Part shown: positions 27,056 through 39,451 of the stretch, piece after piece
Position numbering within the stretch: the stretch's first letter is position 1
Layout: every line of letters begins with the position of its first letter
Source of the DNA: Camelus ferus
Taxonomy: Eukaryota
Direction: 5' to 3'
NCBI RefSeq assembly: GCF_009834535.1
Contig: NC_045697.1
Location: forward strand, 112,284,001-112,348,000
DNA length: 64,000 nucleotides
Notes under the pieces: generated by a model
What the model was told of the DNA's origin: nothing
Databases searched by the model: none
The model's input: the letters and a program-made list of their open reading frames with translations, nothing else
Translations under genes and position numbers: made by a program

Positions 27056-27165
27056 AAAAAAACCCCAAACAAACCAACCAACAAAAAACAGTATAGCAAA
27101 TACCAAAACAAACAAACAAACAAACAAAAAAACCGAAACAAAAACAAACAAAAAAACAAACCCCA
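27056..27165. repeat. (CAAA)n-like A-rich low-complexity tract
   Basis: Seen directly. Confidence 0.85.
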
Positions 27166-27934
27166 AATCCATTAAGTATTTTATCTGGAACATTCCAGAT
27201 AAAGTCTCAAACATTCAAGATTTAAGTAGTTTTTATCTAACTAATTCTAGCAAGTGCAATGAAACACTTTGGATAGTCAAGAAATGAGAGAGAGTTGGAA
27301 GTAATAGCAAGTAATAGGATTAGTTCCTAAGTCTTCTCTATTGATTGAGAGCTAAATTGATATATACTTCAGTGACAGTGAGTTACCAATGTTAAGTGAT
27401 TTTTGAGAATTTAATGGTGAAACTCTGCACATTTACCCTGAGTCTGTCCCAACAATTTCAAAAGGACTCCACTCATGAATAGAGCAGGTCTCTAGAAAGT
27501 GGTCAGAGATGACAATTTCACTGGTGCTTACATTATAATATGACTATGAGGAGAGAATCATGATTATTGGATGGGAGGGAAATCTCTTTTGTATTTGTTA
27601 TCTTTTATGATATTTCATCTGGCTTGATGACTTTCTTTTTTATCTTCATTCACAATTAGTTTTGATCCATTTTGCCTTCATACCTAGCAATTTGTCATTC
27701 TGTTTATTTCCTTTTTCAATTTCTTGTTCATACAGGTAATTCTTTCATAATGCTGAACTCCACCACAGTCTTATCTCCACCCTTAGGAGGAACTCTGTGA
27801 CCCACATGGCTGTTGCTAAAAGCCCTTGGCAACATTTGCCTTCCTGTTTCACTTCATTTCTTGGAATTAATTCCCATAGGTTAGCTTTTCTAACCCCTAC
27901 TGAAAATACTCATTTTAAAAATTAAAAATTTGCA

Positions 27935-28086
27935 GGGAGAGGGTATATCTCAGGAGTAGAGTGAGTGCTTAGCATGCACAAGGTCCTGGGTTCAATCCCC
28001 AGTGCCTCCATTAAGAAGTAAAGAAAGAAAGAAAGAAAGGAAGAAATAAACCAAATTATCTTCCTCTGAAAATTAAAAAAAAAAAA
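27935..28086 (+). mobile_element. tRNA-Ala-derived SINE (camelid Vic-1-like)
   Basis: gggagagggtatatctcaggagtagagtgagtgcttagcatgcacaaggtcctgggttcaatccccagtgcctcca, then (GAAA)n and poly(A). Confidence 0.9.
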
Positions 28087-30773
28087 TCTTTGAATTTTAA
28101 TCTATTTTAAAGTATTCTTAGTAGTTCTGGCTCTTGTGGTAAGATTTTTTTTTATGTCTGCCTGTCTTTATCCTTTGCATGGTGATATTGGCTGCTTCTG
28201 AAGTTCATGAAAACTCAGACCTCAACACTGAGTCTCTTACCTTGAGAATGTGCAAGCCAGGATTTCCAACCATACGGATTCATGGAGTTAATCTTTGCCT
28301 GTGACATTTCTGTTTCCTTCTCACACCCACACAACATTTCTTTTTTAGATACTCATAATCTTCTCATAGCAGCCCAAGTTAAAATTATATCTTTTTTTTT
28401 TCTGGACCAGTTTATATTAACAGTTGTAGAATTCGTTTTAGTGTGCTCTGATTTTTAGCTTCTCTGGGAAATAATATCACTGCAATCTAATGGTTTAGTA
28501 ACAAATTTCTAAGAATTTTTTTCCACATGCAATGCCTTACATAATACAGTTTACAAGGAAGTATTCTCAAGTGACCTTCGGGAATTCTTATGAAGACAAA
28601 GACATTGGGTTAGTTTTTATGCTGTGCCAGCACCACTTACACCACAAGGGCGAAAAAGATGTGTTTCTTTTGCACATCCTGAAGTGAGAGATATTGTGAA
28701 GATCTCGAAATCTGAATAAAGGATTACTTTTCATTTAAGTCCTGTTAAAGCTGCACATAACACAGCCAGGGAGAGTGGGGTAGTCTCAGTGATTTACTAA
28801 TTTGACTGACTGATTGTAAGAACTGCTTTGGAGAATATTCTCTTAAGACAGCCAGTGCCAAGTCCACTGTTTTGAAACCGAGGCTCTGTTATCACATGAC
28901 TACTCCGTCTTAAACTGTGTTGTCAGTTAGCTTATCCTGGAGGCTGTTCCTTTGGAGTGACAGGCAAGGAACCTGACAGGGAAAATGATGTCAGGTAGTC
29001 CTTGACTATTTTCCCTTAAAGTGAGTTCATTTTCTATAAAGATGGATTACTTGTACCTTGTTTCCACTCTGATGAAATCTTTGTCACATACTTAACTATT
29101 GATAACAGTGACTTTGCATAACCCTTGACCTGAGCTATTAAAGACCTTTAATGCAGACTTCTACCATTCTACATTTTATACAATGTAATTGTATACACAC
29201 GCATGCACATCTATGATGTAACATATATCATAGCATAATATAACATCTGCACGTGTAAATAATACATAAAATCATCTAACAAACGTATTCATGATCTTTA
29301 AAGAGGGATTAACATTCATAATACCGAGGAATTGAGTCAATTTTTCTGGGTGCCTCTAAAGCTTTGTATTTTCTAAAGAAATTTGTTATTCTGGGAAAAT
29401 AGTTGGAACAAATGATGCAGTAATTGTAAGTTAATTGACATTAAACATTACCAAAATATGTGAATAAATTTGTAGGTAGTAGCTAGTTTCAAGGATGTTG
29501 AGGGATTGATAAAAGAAAACAAAAGATACAGTTCACTGACTGTTGGATTCACATTTTTAATACAGTAATGGTCATATGGAGAGGGAAAAATTTAACTTTA
29601 AAAACAAATGTAATGCTGTATGTTGATTTCCTGTGTATGTTTGCCAGGTAAAATTCAAGAGGTCCAGTGAATTTACGTTTCAGATAAACAAGGAATAATT
29701 CTTTGTGTGGAAGTATGCGATATTTGGTTATGTTATACTAAGAAAAATTCCTTGTTAATCTGAAATTCAGACGTACTTGGGTGTTCTGTATTTTTATTTG
29801 CTAAATCTGTGCATAATGTTTATTCACTGGTTAAGAAAAGAATTATCTTTGATCCCTTGCTGGTAAGTGGCTTCTCTGCGAGATGTGTTTCCGAACATGC
29901 CGCTCGTAAGAGTCACATATGGGACTTGGGAAATATTTCCAAATCCTGTTTTATTTACCCAAAGCATGGGGTCTCTGGAACTGTATGCCATTCACAAGCA
30001 AAGAAGGTGCAGTCTGACTTCTTCCTGTCTCTGAATCTTTTTACCGAATGTAGGCAGGCTGTTTGTCTTCACAGTCAGTTCCAAGTTGTTTATAATATAT
30101 TGTTATTGTTATCACTGATATTTTGTTACTAGTATTTGTCAGTGTGTCTACTCCACTGAATCCAAAGTTTAACCACTGCCCACTTAACTCTATTTGAGGG
30201 CCCTGTTGCTCATTGCTCCTTATGAGAATAATGTTACAAGGATTATGATGAAATCCCACATTGGGAAGGGGAGGAAAGAATAAAAATATAAAATCACAAA
30301 TAAGAGTTTGCACATTTTGTATAAAAGCTTTTGAACTTTGTATTTTCCAGGTAGTCGATGCTTTAATTTGATTATATATTAGCTCTTTTCTAAACATATG
30401 AATTAAACCAACAAGGTGGCTAAATCTATACATGTGAGCTCACAAAGCTGTATATTTTCTGCTCACTTTATTGGGATAAATACATATTTTTAACCTCAAT
30501 GGTGTCAGGATATATAAAGAGCACTACTCCAAATTAGCCTTCCTTAAAAATGAATGTGGTTTGGGTGCACAAATTATTCCCCTAGGAGAATCAAGGAAGG
30601 AATTTGTATATTTTTTCACAGAGGTAAGGCAAAAATTTAAATTATGTCAGTTAACAGAAGGAGAGCGAGAATGAAAATTCAATTGTGTTTGAAATAAAAA
30701 TGAGCTGTTATCTAAGAGACTCGATGACATGTGTCAAGAGACCCTGCCTCTGTGTGTGCCAGCTTTTCCTTTT

Positions 30774-30994
30774 TAAAATTCTTTTCCATTATGGTTTATT
30801 ATAGGATATTGAATATAGTTCCTTGTGCTATACAGTAGGAACTTGTTTATTTTATATATAGTAGTTTATATCTGCTAATCCCAAACTCCTAATTTATCCT
30901 TTCAAGACAGGTATCATATGATATCACTCATATGCAGAATCTAAAATGTGATATAAATGAACTTATTTACAAAACAGAAACACACTTACAGACA
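30774..30994 (-). mobile_element. Short L1 insertion with 5' inversion (twin priming)
   Basis: Minus-strand 3' UTR at 30774-30903 is joined to plus-strand upstream L1 sequence at 30904-30994. TSD cagcttttcctttt (30760-30773) / cagctcttcctttt (30995-31008). Confidence 0.88.
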
Positions 30995-32280
30995 CAGCTC
31001 TTCCTTTTAACTCCATGGTTCTCTACAGGAAAAAAGACAACAATAATCATTAAAGAACAAGTCCTATCAGGTTATTAGTTTGCTAACTTAACTTAGATAA
31101 AATGTTTTATGTTTGTTTTTTAAAAATTCCTTACAGAATTATTTTTTAATCATGTAAACTAACTTGCATTGCAGTAAGTAAGCCCTTAGGAATAACAAAA
31201 TATGTGAAAAAGTTTTATTTTAAAGCTAAAACTTAAGCAAATTTCCATGTATCTTATTTTTGTTCTCAATAAAATATCTTAACCTATATAGAACAAGTGA
31301 GATAATATATATAAAATACTTGGGGTAGATGACTGACAAATACTAAGAACTGAGATGTCAGATATTGTGGTGGTAGTGGTTTATTACTCACATGATGAAC
31401 TTTCTAATGTAAGTTTCATAAAAATCATATAGCCAGGGCTTATGGCTAAAATTTTCCTTGATCTTTTGGGATGTTGAACACAAGTAGACTGATCTGCTGA
31501 ATACTGGGGGAAAAACTTCTATAGCCATTTTGTTAGAGTGATTTCAATTTATGAAGTATTTCCCTTGTTCTTCCTATCAGTTAAATTTAGGTTTTTATAT
31601 TGGTATTTCATTGTTTTACTTGCATGTTTACTTCTCCGCAAGAGTGCTGTTAGGGCTAAGATGAGACAGAAGTAGTCTGGTTTGCTACTTTCTATCAGAA
31701 ATTCTGTTGAGAGAATGTTATCATTAAATTTTCACTTTATATAATCTGTGGCTTCTGTTTAGCCTCTTTTAAAAAAATATAGTGAAGATGATAAAATTAT
31801 TAGGATATTCAATTAAAAAATAAAGTAAAATAGCTTGATTAAGTAAATAGTTCCATTTTTGGCTCTTTTTTGGTTATAAGGAAATGATAGTTCTAGTGAC
31901 ATGCCTTATAATTGTCTTTGTTCTGAAGCTCTCACAGTTCTTAAATTTTTTAATCATAGGCATGTTACTGTTCAGCAGGGTCAGGTAATTATTTTTTGTT
32001 ATAAATAACATTTTATATTCCCCACTGCTGTAGTAAAACTAATTTTGTTAAATGCTAAAGAGACTGCCATTTTATCTATTACGTGATCAGTTGATGAAAG
32101 AGAAACTAAATCAGCCACTGGAGATGCATATGTATTTTAGCTAAGGTCACTGAGAGAAGTTTCATTTTTGTTTTGTAAGTTAAAAACCCCAACATACTTG
32201 GATTACTTTATATCTAATTTTCCCATGTTGCATTTGGAAAAGATGTGCCAATATATATAGATATGTTATTGAACTACTTT

Positions 32281-32816
32281 TGTTACTGAGTCCAAACTCA
32301 TTCTGCTCGCCACATGACAGGTCAGTAAACTGGGAGATGAGGTGTTGGAGCAAGGAATAGTGACTTTATTTGGAAAGCCAGCAGACCGAGAAATTGGGGG
32401 ACTAATGTTCTGGAGAATCATCTACCCCAAGTCAGAATTCAGGCTCATTTTATACTAAAAGGGGAGGGGGTGTGCTTGGTTGTTGCAAACTTCTTGGTGT
32501 AGGAATTCTTTGTTCTAGGAATCCTTTGTTCTTGCCCTGTCCACCTGGGTCAGATCATGGTGTCCCTGTAAACCTCCAACAAAATAAACGTTATTTTCTA
32601 TTCTGCAACTTGTTATCTTTATATGAATGGAAAAGTGTTAATATTCTTAAAGGTCAGAGCCTTGAGAATAGGCTCTCCTGTGTATTTCAGACTCTAGGTA
32701 ACATTCTTTTTACAAAAGGCACAGAACCAGCAATGTTAAGTGTGAGAAACTGGGCACAGGGTTAAAGTCAAAGGAGCAGATCTAATACGGAGTCAGATTT
32801 GTTCTTTTCCATTACA
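32281..32816 (-). mobile_element. ERV1-class solo LTR (copy 1)
   Basis: TG...CA ends. On the minus strand, a TATA-like 'tagtataaaa' is followed by AATAAA. Colinear homology with 47639-48151. TSD not clean. Confidence 0.85.
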
Positions 32817-33204
32817 AATTGAGCCAGACCATCTATCTTTTATCTTTTTTTTTTTTTTTTGTCTTCTTTAGCTGAAGGACTGGAGTAAAGGGAAGTTGAG
32901 TGGCCTCCTACATGTCTTTCCATTTGGTCTACACTTCCATCTGCATCAGAATACTCAAGTATATGAATTTTCAAAAGCATTTCATCTTACCTCCCATCCC
33001 AGCTAACAATGTGTTTTGTTTTTTTAAATTAAATCCACTAGGTGATTTTAAGAGCCATCTGTCCAAAACCTTATTATCTCCTTCCTCATTTCAGTATCTT
33101 TTATTTCCAATCCATTGCTAAGTCTCTCCAATGGAAATATTTCAAACATATCACAAAGCAATTTTAATTGTTGAATCAAGCTGTCTTTTAAAAATCAGTC
33201 ATTC

Positions 33205-33298
33205 TCAGTAACCCCATTGACATCTAATAATTCTGTTTGAACCAGAAATAATCAGTAACCCCATTGACATTTAATAATTCTGTTTGAACCAGAAATAA
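33205..33298. repeat. 47-bp tandem duplication (2 copies, 1 mismatch)
   Basis: tcagtaaccccattgacat(c/t)taataattctgtttgaaccagaaataa at 33205-33251 and 33252-33298. Confidence 0.95.
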
Positions 33299-33449
33299 TC
33301 ACCGATTCCTCTGTTTATAACAAAATAGATCCTTGCTGAGCAAGGATCAAATGCAAAATCTTCCTCATTTTTGGAAATACCGTTCTCCTTGGTTGCTGTA
33401 ATTATTCCCGGACCCCATCACCCTCCATACACTCCCCTACCCCAGATCT

Positions 33450-33550
33450 TCTCCTATCTTCTTCTCCTTCCTCTTCTTTCTTTCTCCTTTCTTTCTTTCT
33501 TCTCCTCCTCCTCCTCCCCCCTCCACCCTCCTCCTCCTCGTCCTCCATCT
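33450..33550. repeat. CT-rich / (CCT)n low-complexity tract
   Basis: Near-pure polypyrimidine run seen directly. Confidence 0.85.
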
Positions 33551-34004
33551 TGGTCTTTGTTAGTGTGTCTGGACTCTATGCTGCTTTTTGCTTACTGTAT
33601 AAATCTCTACGGGAGGTCTAACTCCTACAGAGTCTTCTTTGAGTACATGTGTACTGAGTCATTCCCAAGACTTTCCTGAGCCACTGGCACTACTGAAAAT
33701 GATGCTCTTGCTGCTCTGAGCACCCTCTCTTCTTGTCCTGTGCTCTATCTCTTAGTGCGGAGCATCATCTTTCCTCCTTCCCCAGGCATCTTCCTTGAGG
33801 GCAAGGGTGGAAACAGATAGACTTTGTGAAGAACGTGAGCAATTTCCTCTAAAGTGGTGTATGTATGATGTGAATGTGGCTGGGAAGGTATGTCTGATAC
33901 TTAGGAGGGAGGAAAAGCGTGACATAATAAATGCAGAGTGGAGATGAAATGAACAAATAAAGGAACTACGTTTGGGGGACAGTATGGCTAATTTTTTCCC
34001 CAAC

Positions 34005-34250
34005 ACAAGAATAGAATGATCAATGGACTAGCATAGAAAGAGTGGCAATAAACCTAATTAAATAAACTACTGCAGTATATCATCAAGGTGGCATTTCAAA
34101 TTAGTGAAAAGAAATGAATTATTCAAGAAAAGGTGTTGGAACAACTGGCTAGACATTTGGAGAAAAGAATAACATTGGTTCTTTCCTTGTGACATAAAAC
34201 AAAATACACTCCAGATGGATTACAGATTTATGTTCAAATATTGAAACCAA
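34005..34250 (+). mobile_element. Ancient L1M ORF2 C-terminal fragment
   Basis: 'gatcaatggactagcatagaaag...aaggtggcatttcaaattagtg...ggtgttggaacaactggctagacatttgg...ctccagatggattacagattta'. Confidence 0.65.
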
Positions 34251-34296
34251 ATTTATTACACTTGTCAACTTAGTCCAGAAAAATAGAAGGCTGGAA

Positions 34297-34321
<25 letters not shown>
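34297..34321. repeat. (T)25 homopolymer
   Basis: Seen directly. Confidence 0.95.
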
Positions 34322-34327
<6 letters not shown>

Positions 34328-34839
34328 TGAGGTACATTTCAGAACCAAGTAAGAGATCCTTTAAAGTGTGTTTTCAGATTTCTGTTTTCCATTTCAAATT
34401 TATTAAAATTAATTTTTCTAATATTATCAGACTCATGATACTAAGTGATTAGATAGTGCAGAAGTCAGTGGATAAAAAATTTTCCTGGTTCTATTAGAAC
34501 AAAACTGGTGACTACTAAGAGAATCATTGAGCAATTATACAGTACTTCAGGGAATGAAAAGAGGACTGAATGGGATGTCTTCTAAAAGAGCATTTATGTC
34601 TCAAGACAATATAGAAAAAAATACATTGCTTATAATCAGCCTGGATACTCAGAAGCAATCTGGATTCAGACAGCTCTCAATGGTTCTGTTATATTCGTGT
34701 ACCTATTGTGGTGCATAATCTTCAGAAACATAAGCATCCTTTATTGTGTAACAAAAATACAAAGTGACTAGATTAGTGAGATCAATTACCTAAAATATGC
34801 AAGCAGAAGCCTGATTGTGTTGTGATTGTTTTTAATCTG

Positions 34840-35310
34840 TGCTGTTCATTCATGCCACAAATAAGTACCGAATAACTAACAACCACATGGATTTCTTCTT
34901 AAGGGTTGGGTGTGCAAGTCACAATACTTTCCATCAGAGTGGGTACGTTAAAAGTCAAGGATGATGCAGTGTAGTAAGTACTCTAGTAGGAATAAAAGAT
35001 GGTGCGGGAGCACTAATCCAGTACTGGTGAGTAAAAGAAGGCTTCCCCGAGGAAGTGATGTCATGAATGATGACTCCAATTGTCAGCCAATAACGGAGGT
35101 AGGTGGAGTGAGTGGGAAAGGCATTTTCAGGCAAGAAAAAAAATGTATATAAATCTGAGGCAAGAGCTAATATGGAGGACTTAGGAGAACTCAGAGTGGT
35201 TCAGTATGGTTGGACTATAATGTGCAATGCTGAAAGGTGACCAGAGAGGAGGTTAAAGCATCTGGGTCATAAAGTACCCATACTTGAAGCTAAACTTGGA
35301 ACTTTATCAG
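34840..35310 (-). mobile_element. Degenerate L2 fragment
   Basis: 'agaaggcttccccgaggaagtgatgtc...gggaaaggcattttcaggcaag...ggagaactcagagtggttcagtatggttgga'. Confidence 0.6.
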
Positions 35311-36209
35311 GAGGGCACTGTGAAATATCACTGTGTGGTCCCCTTCCATCAAGGGGTGAACAGTGTGTACCACTCGGCTGCACATGACACTCACATCACA
35401 GTGGGCTACGGGGCAGCTGGTCCATCCATCTTCTTCTAAGAGATTATCTGAACTAATTGCAAAATGTGTCACACTTCTTCAAATTTTAGTGACACCCGTA
35501 TGTATAATAGATCTCTTTGGCTTTCAATTACTGTAAGATTATCATCCTGACATGAGTTCCAGATCCCTCATCCTCCCTCCACCTGTTCACTCTACCCCCT
35601 GGGCCTCCCAGCTTCTAATTTATAAACTTTCTCCTAAATAACTCTCTTGCATGAACTCAGTTTCATTTACATGAAATTTGTTTCTTCTCCCTCACATCAT
35701 CCATCTCATGGAAGGATCCTCCTTGCTCTCAGTTAAGGACCACTTTCAAATCATTTTGACTCTTTGGTCCCACAACCCCTGTCACTGTCAGGGCTCAAAC
35801 CATCTGACAGTATCACTTTGCTCACTCACCTCATCCCTAGCTCTCTAATTCACCCAGAGTTTTGACTCTTTGCTCAAATCTTTTTCAGCTTTTTCATCCT
35901 ATATCCTGGCCTCCTAGGTCCTTGAAGTCCTCACTTTATCCACCTTGGTCACCCATTGGCATCATGACCCCTGCACCCTTATCGTCACCAGTCGTGGTAC
36001 CATGTCCAGAATCTCTGTCTCAATGATCTGCCCTCAGACCACTGCCTCCCCACTCCCTTTATGTAGGAGCAGTATGTCACCTCGCTATCTCCCAGTACAT
36101 TTACCCACACGACCTCTCACCATCTGGCACCACTGTATCCCGTCACTGCCATGTGGTTCTCACTTTCAACCCTCTTGTCCCTCTTTCCCTCAAAACACCC
36201 AACTGGTCT

Positions 36210-36450
36210 TTTGGTCAGAATGCTTTTTTGTTGCAAGTGTCAGAAACACAAGTTAACTCATCTGAACAAAAAGGGAAATGTTGTTTCTCACAATTTGGAA
36301 GTTTGAGAGTCCACAACAGCTGGATCCAGAGGTTCTAGAATGATCACCACGCTCTGTCCCTCTGCTCTCTGTTCCTCTGTGAGAGTGCTATTCCTAGGAA
36401 GGGAGAATGACTCCCCAATAACACTATACCTAAATAATCCTTAAAATCCT
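36210..36450 (-). mobile_element. ERVL-class LTR fragment (LTR33-like)
   Basis: 'ggtcagaatgcttttttgttgcaagtgtcagaaacac...aaaagggaaatg...cagctggatccagaggttc' matches recalled LTR33. Confidence 0.6.
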
Positions 36451-36457
36451 TGGCCTT

Positions 36458-37378
36458 AGAAGAAGCTTACTTTTTATCTATTTTTATATAGTAGTTAATA
36501 TTTGCAAATCTCAAACTCCCGAATTTATCTCTTCCCACCCCCTTTTCCCTGGTAACCATAAAATTGTTTGCTGTATCTGTGAGTCTGTTTCTGTTTTGTA
36601 GATGAGTTCATTAGTGTCGTCTTCTTCTCCTTCTCTTTCTTATTTTATTTATTTTTTGTTTTTTATATATAAACATTTTTTATTGAGTTATAGTCATTTT
36701 ACAACGTTGTGTCAAATTCCAGTGTAGAGCACAATTTTTCAGTTATACATGAACATACATACATTCATTGTCACATTCTCTTTTGCTGTGAGCCACTGCA
36801 AGATGCTGTATATATTTCCCTGTGCCACACAGTACAGTCTTGTTTATCTATTCTACATTTTGAAATCCCAGTCCCTTCCCACCCCATCTCCTTCTTCTTT
36901 TAGATTCCACATATGAGTGATATCATCTGGTATTTCTTTTTCTCTTTCTGGCTTAACTTCACTTGTAATGATGATCTCCAGGTCAATCCATGTTGCTGCA
37001 AATGGCATTATTTTATTCTTTTTTCTGGCAAAGTAGTATTCCATTATATAAATATACCACAGCTTCTTTATCCAGTCATCACCTGTCAATGGACATTTAG
37101 GTTGTTTCCATGTCTTGGCTATTGTAAATAATGCTGCTATGAACATTGGGGTGCAGGTGTCTTTTCAAATTAGAGTTCCCTCTGGATATATGCCCAGGAG
37201 TGGGATCGCTGGATCATATGGTTAAGTTTATTTTTAGTCTTTTGAGGAATCTCCATACTGTTTTCCAGAATGGCTGCACCAGACTACATTCCCACCAGCA
37301 GTGTAGGAGGGTTCCTTGTCTCCACACGTTCTCCAGCATTTATCATTTGTGAACTTTTTAATGATGGCCATTCTGATT
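36458..37378 (-). mobile_element. L1 3' region (ORF2 C-terminus and 3' UTR), interrupted by a younger L1
   Basis: ORF 36853-37146 gives [19 protein letters not shown]...WIKKLWYIY, the L1 ORF2 C-terminus. The extreme 3' end and tail are absent. Confidence 0.9.
36635..36886 (-). mobile_element. Young L1 3' end nested in an older L1 3' UTR
   Basis: About 95% identical to 14503-14701. Candidate TSD tctccttct (36626-36634 / 36887-36895). Confidence 0.85.
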
Positions 37379-37379
37379 A

Positions 37380-38200
37380 AATTATTTTTAAATTTCTGGA
37401 ATAATACATACTTAGTTAGGTATTTGCTTCATGCTATACAAAGCTGGGTTTAATTTGATAATATTCTATTTAGGATTTTTAATTTGTATTCAAAACTAAG
37501 ATTGGTCTGTGGAACTGTGATTTTGTTTCTTTCATTGTACTTACTATAAAGGTAATTTTAATGACATACAGTGATTAGAGAGGCATTCTATAGTCTTCTG
37601 CATTCTGGAGTAGTTAAAAAATACAGGAGTTACTTCATTGATAGTTTGATAAGACAAAGCAACTCAGTGTCAAAGAACATTTTTGGTGGCAATTTTTTGA
37701 CAAAATTTTAAATTGCTTTTTGCATATTTTATCCATTTCAGTTTTCATTTTTTCCTAATTAAATTTGGTGTATTTATCCAAAACTGTTCAATTTATGCAT
37801 GTATACTTTTATTATTACAGAATTTTAAATATAATTTCTCTCATTTTGAAAAATGTTCATTTATATTTTTAACACCTTTTATTTATTTATTTTTAGTAGT
37901 TTTGACAGAGGTGCCATGTTTTATTGTTCTTTCAAAAGAACTCTTACTTTATCAATTCTATTGTTTTTCTATTTCTTATAATGTATTTATTCACTTATCT
38001 TTTTAAAAATCTTTATATTCTGTTTTGTTTTCTTTCTATAATTTCTTCAATGATTGTTTTTTTTCTGCTAAAATATTTAAAATCTTGTGTAAATTTTTAT
38101 CAGGGTAGAAATTTGACTGCATACCTTAATTTTTATATATTCTAACTTTTGGCTTCTTTTCCCTAATCTAAGAGATTATATAAATAACATTTTAAGTTGT
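37380..38200 (-). mobile_element. Ancient, highly decayed L1M ORF2 fragment
   Basis: T-rich L1-antisense signature ('tttaggatttttaatttgtattc...agattggtctgt', 'ttttattgttctttcaaaagaactc'). Confidence 0.55.
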
Positions 38201-39451
38201 ATACAGATTTTAGTTAACCATGTAAAAACATATGTAAATTTTCAGGTTGACATAGAAAACTGACCGATAGTGACAAAAACTGTGAGTGGATCTAACTAGT
38301 ATACTACTAGCTGTGTATATATACAAAAGTATGTGCAGATTTTGATAAATCTGTGTATGGTTTATCTTGGATTTATTTTTACTCTTCCTAACTTATTGCT
38401 TAGTCTAGACCCTGAGAAGCAGGTGGGAACACAGCTATTAGATGATGTGAATAAGAAATTACTCTAAGTGTGTATGTAGAGTCAAGCAATTATTTTGTTT
38501 TTGCTCCCCACCTCCCTCCACATTTCTTTAGTTTAAAGGATTGACTCCCCAAAGGAATTAATCCATGTTGGGTTTTGTCATACATGTTAGGATTTCAGAA
38601 GCTCTGGCTAACAAAATAGGGATCCAGAATAACTTTATCTGCTACTACTCAGATACGTTTTATTTCAAAAACATACACTGAAGCATTGCTGATAGATAGA
38701 TCCTTAGGAAAACATATTCATGTGTAATTTCCAATCACACTGAACAATCTTCAGAAGATTTTTCAAGGTCAACTTTAGCTAGCGTAAGTTAATGTTATAC
38801 CATTTAATTCAGGAATTATTTTAGCATTTGATTAATACCATATACCTGATACATAATATAATTTTGTGATTGATAAATGAAATTGTAACTTTATTAGGTT
38901 AATTTAGTGGTTTAGGAGAAAGCTTTAAAAATCTTTTCTCCTAATTTGTTGCTTAGTTTTCTGTTTTGCATTTTAAAAAATTCTCTTACTCATTAATTTG
39001 AAGCCTTCCTTGTAATAATGATTCCCCTTAATTGGGAAGTAACGTGAAAGCATTACAATAATTTGGCCAGTTTTCTGTATACGAGTCCTGCTGTCCTAAG
39101 TTGAAGATACATCAATTCCTTTTTCCTGTATTCATTCCATCACTCCTTATGCAGTACACCTAAGTGTATTCAAGTGCAGTTCTAAGTTCTAACTCCTGCA
39201 CTCAACATTGGACAAATCAGTTGTGAGCAAAAATGGAGTCCCTGCTTTCAGGAGACTTACAGTCCAATGTAGGAAGTATAAATTGCCACAACGTGAAAGT
39301 GCAGTTGAGGTGCACACAGTGTGCAGCACATGCTGATATGTGCGCACACGACAGATGAGCGGGATGCCAGGGCGTTGCAAAGAGAATGGATCTTCTGCTG
39401 AGATCGAAAGTTGAGTGGGGATTCACTAGGCAAAGTGGAGAGAAGATCGTT

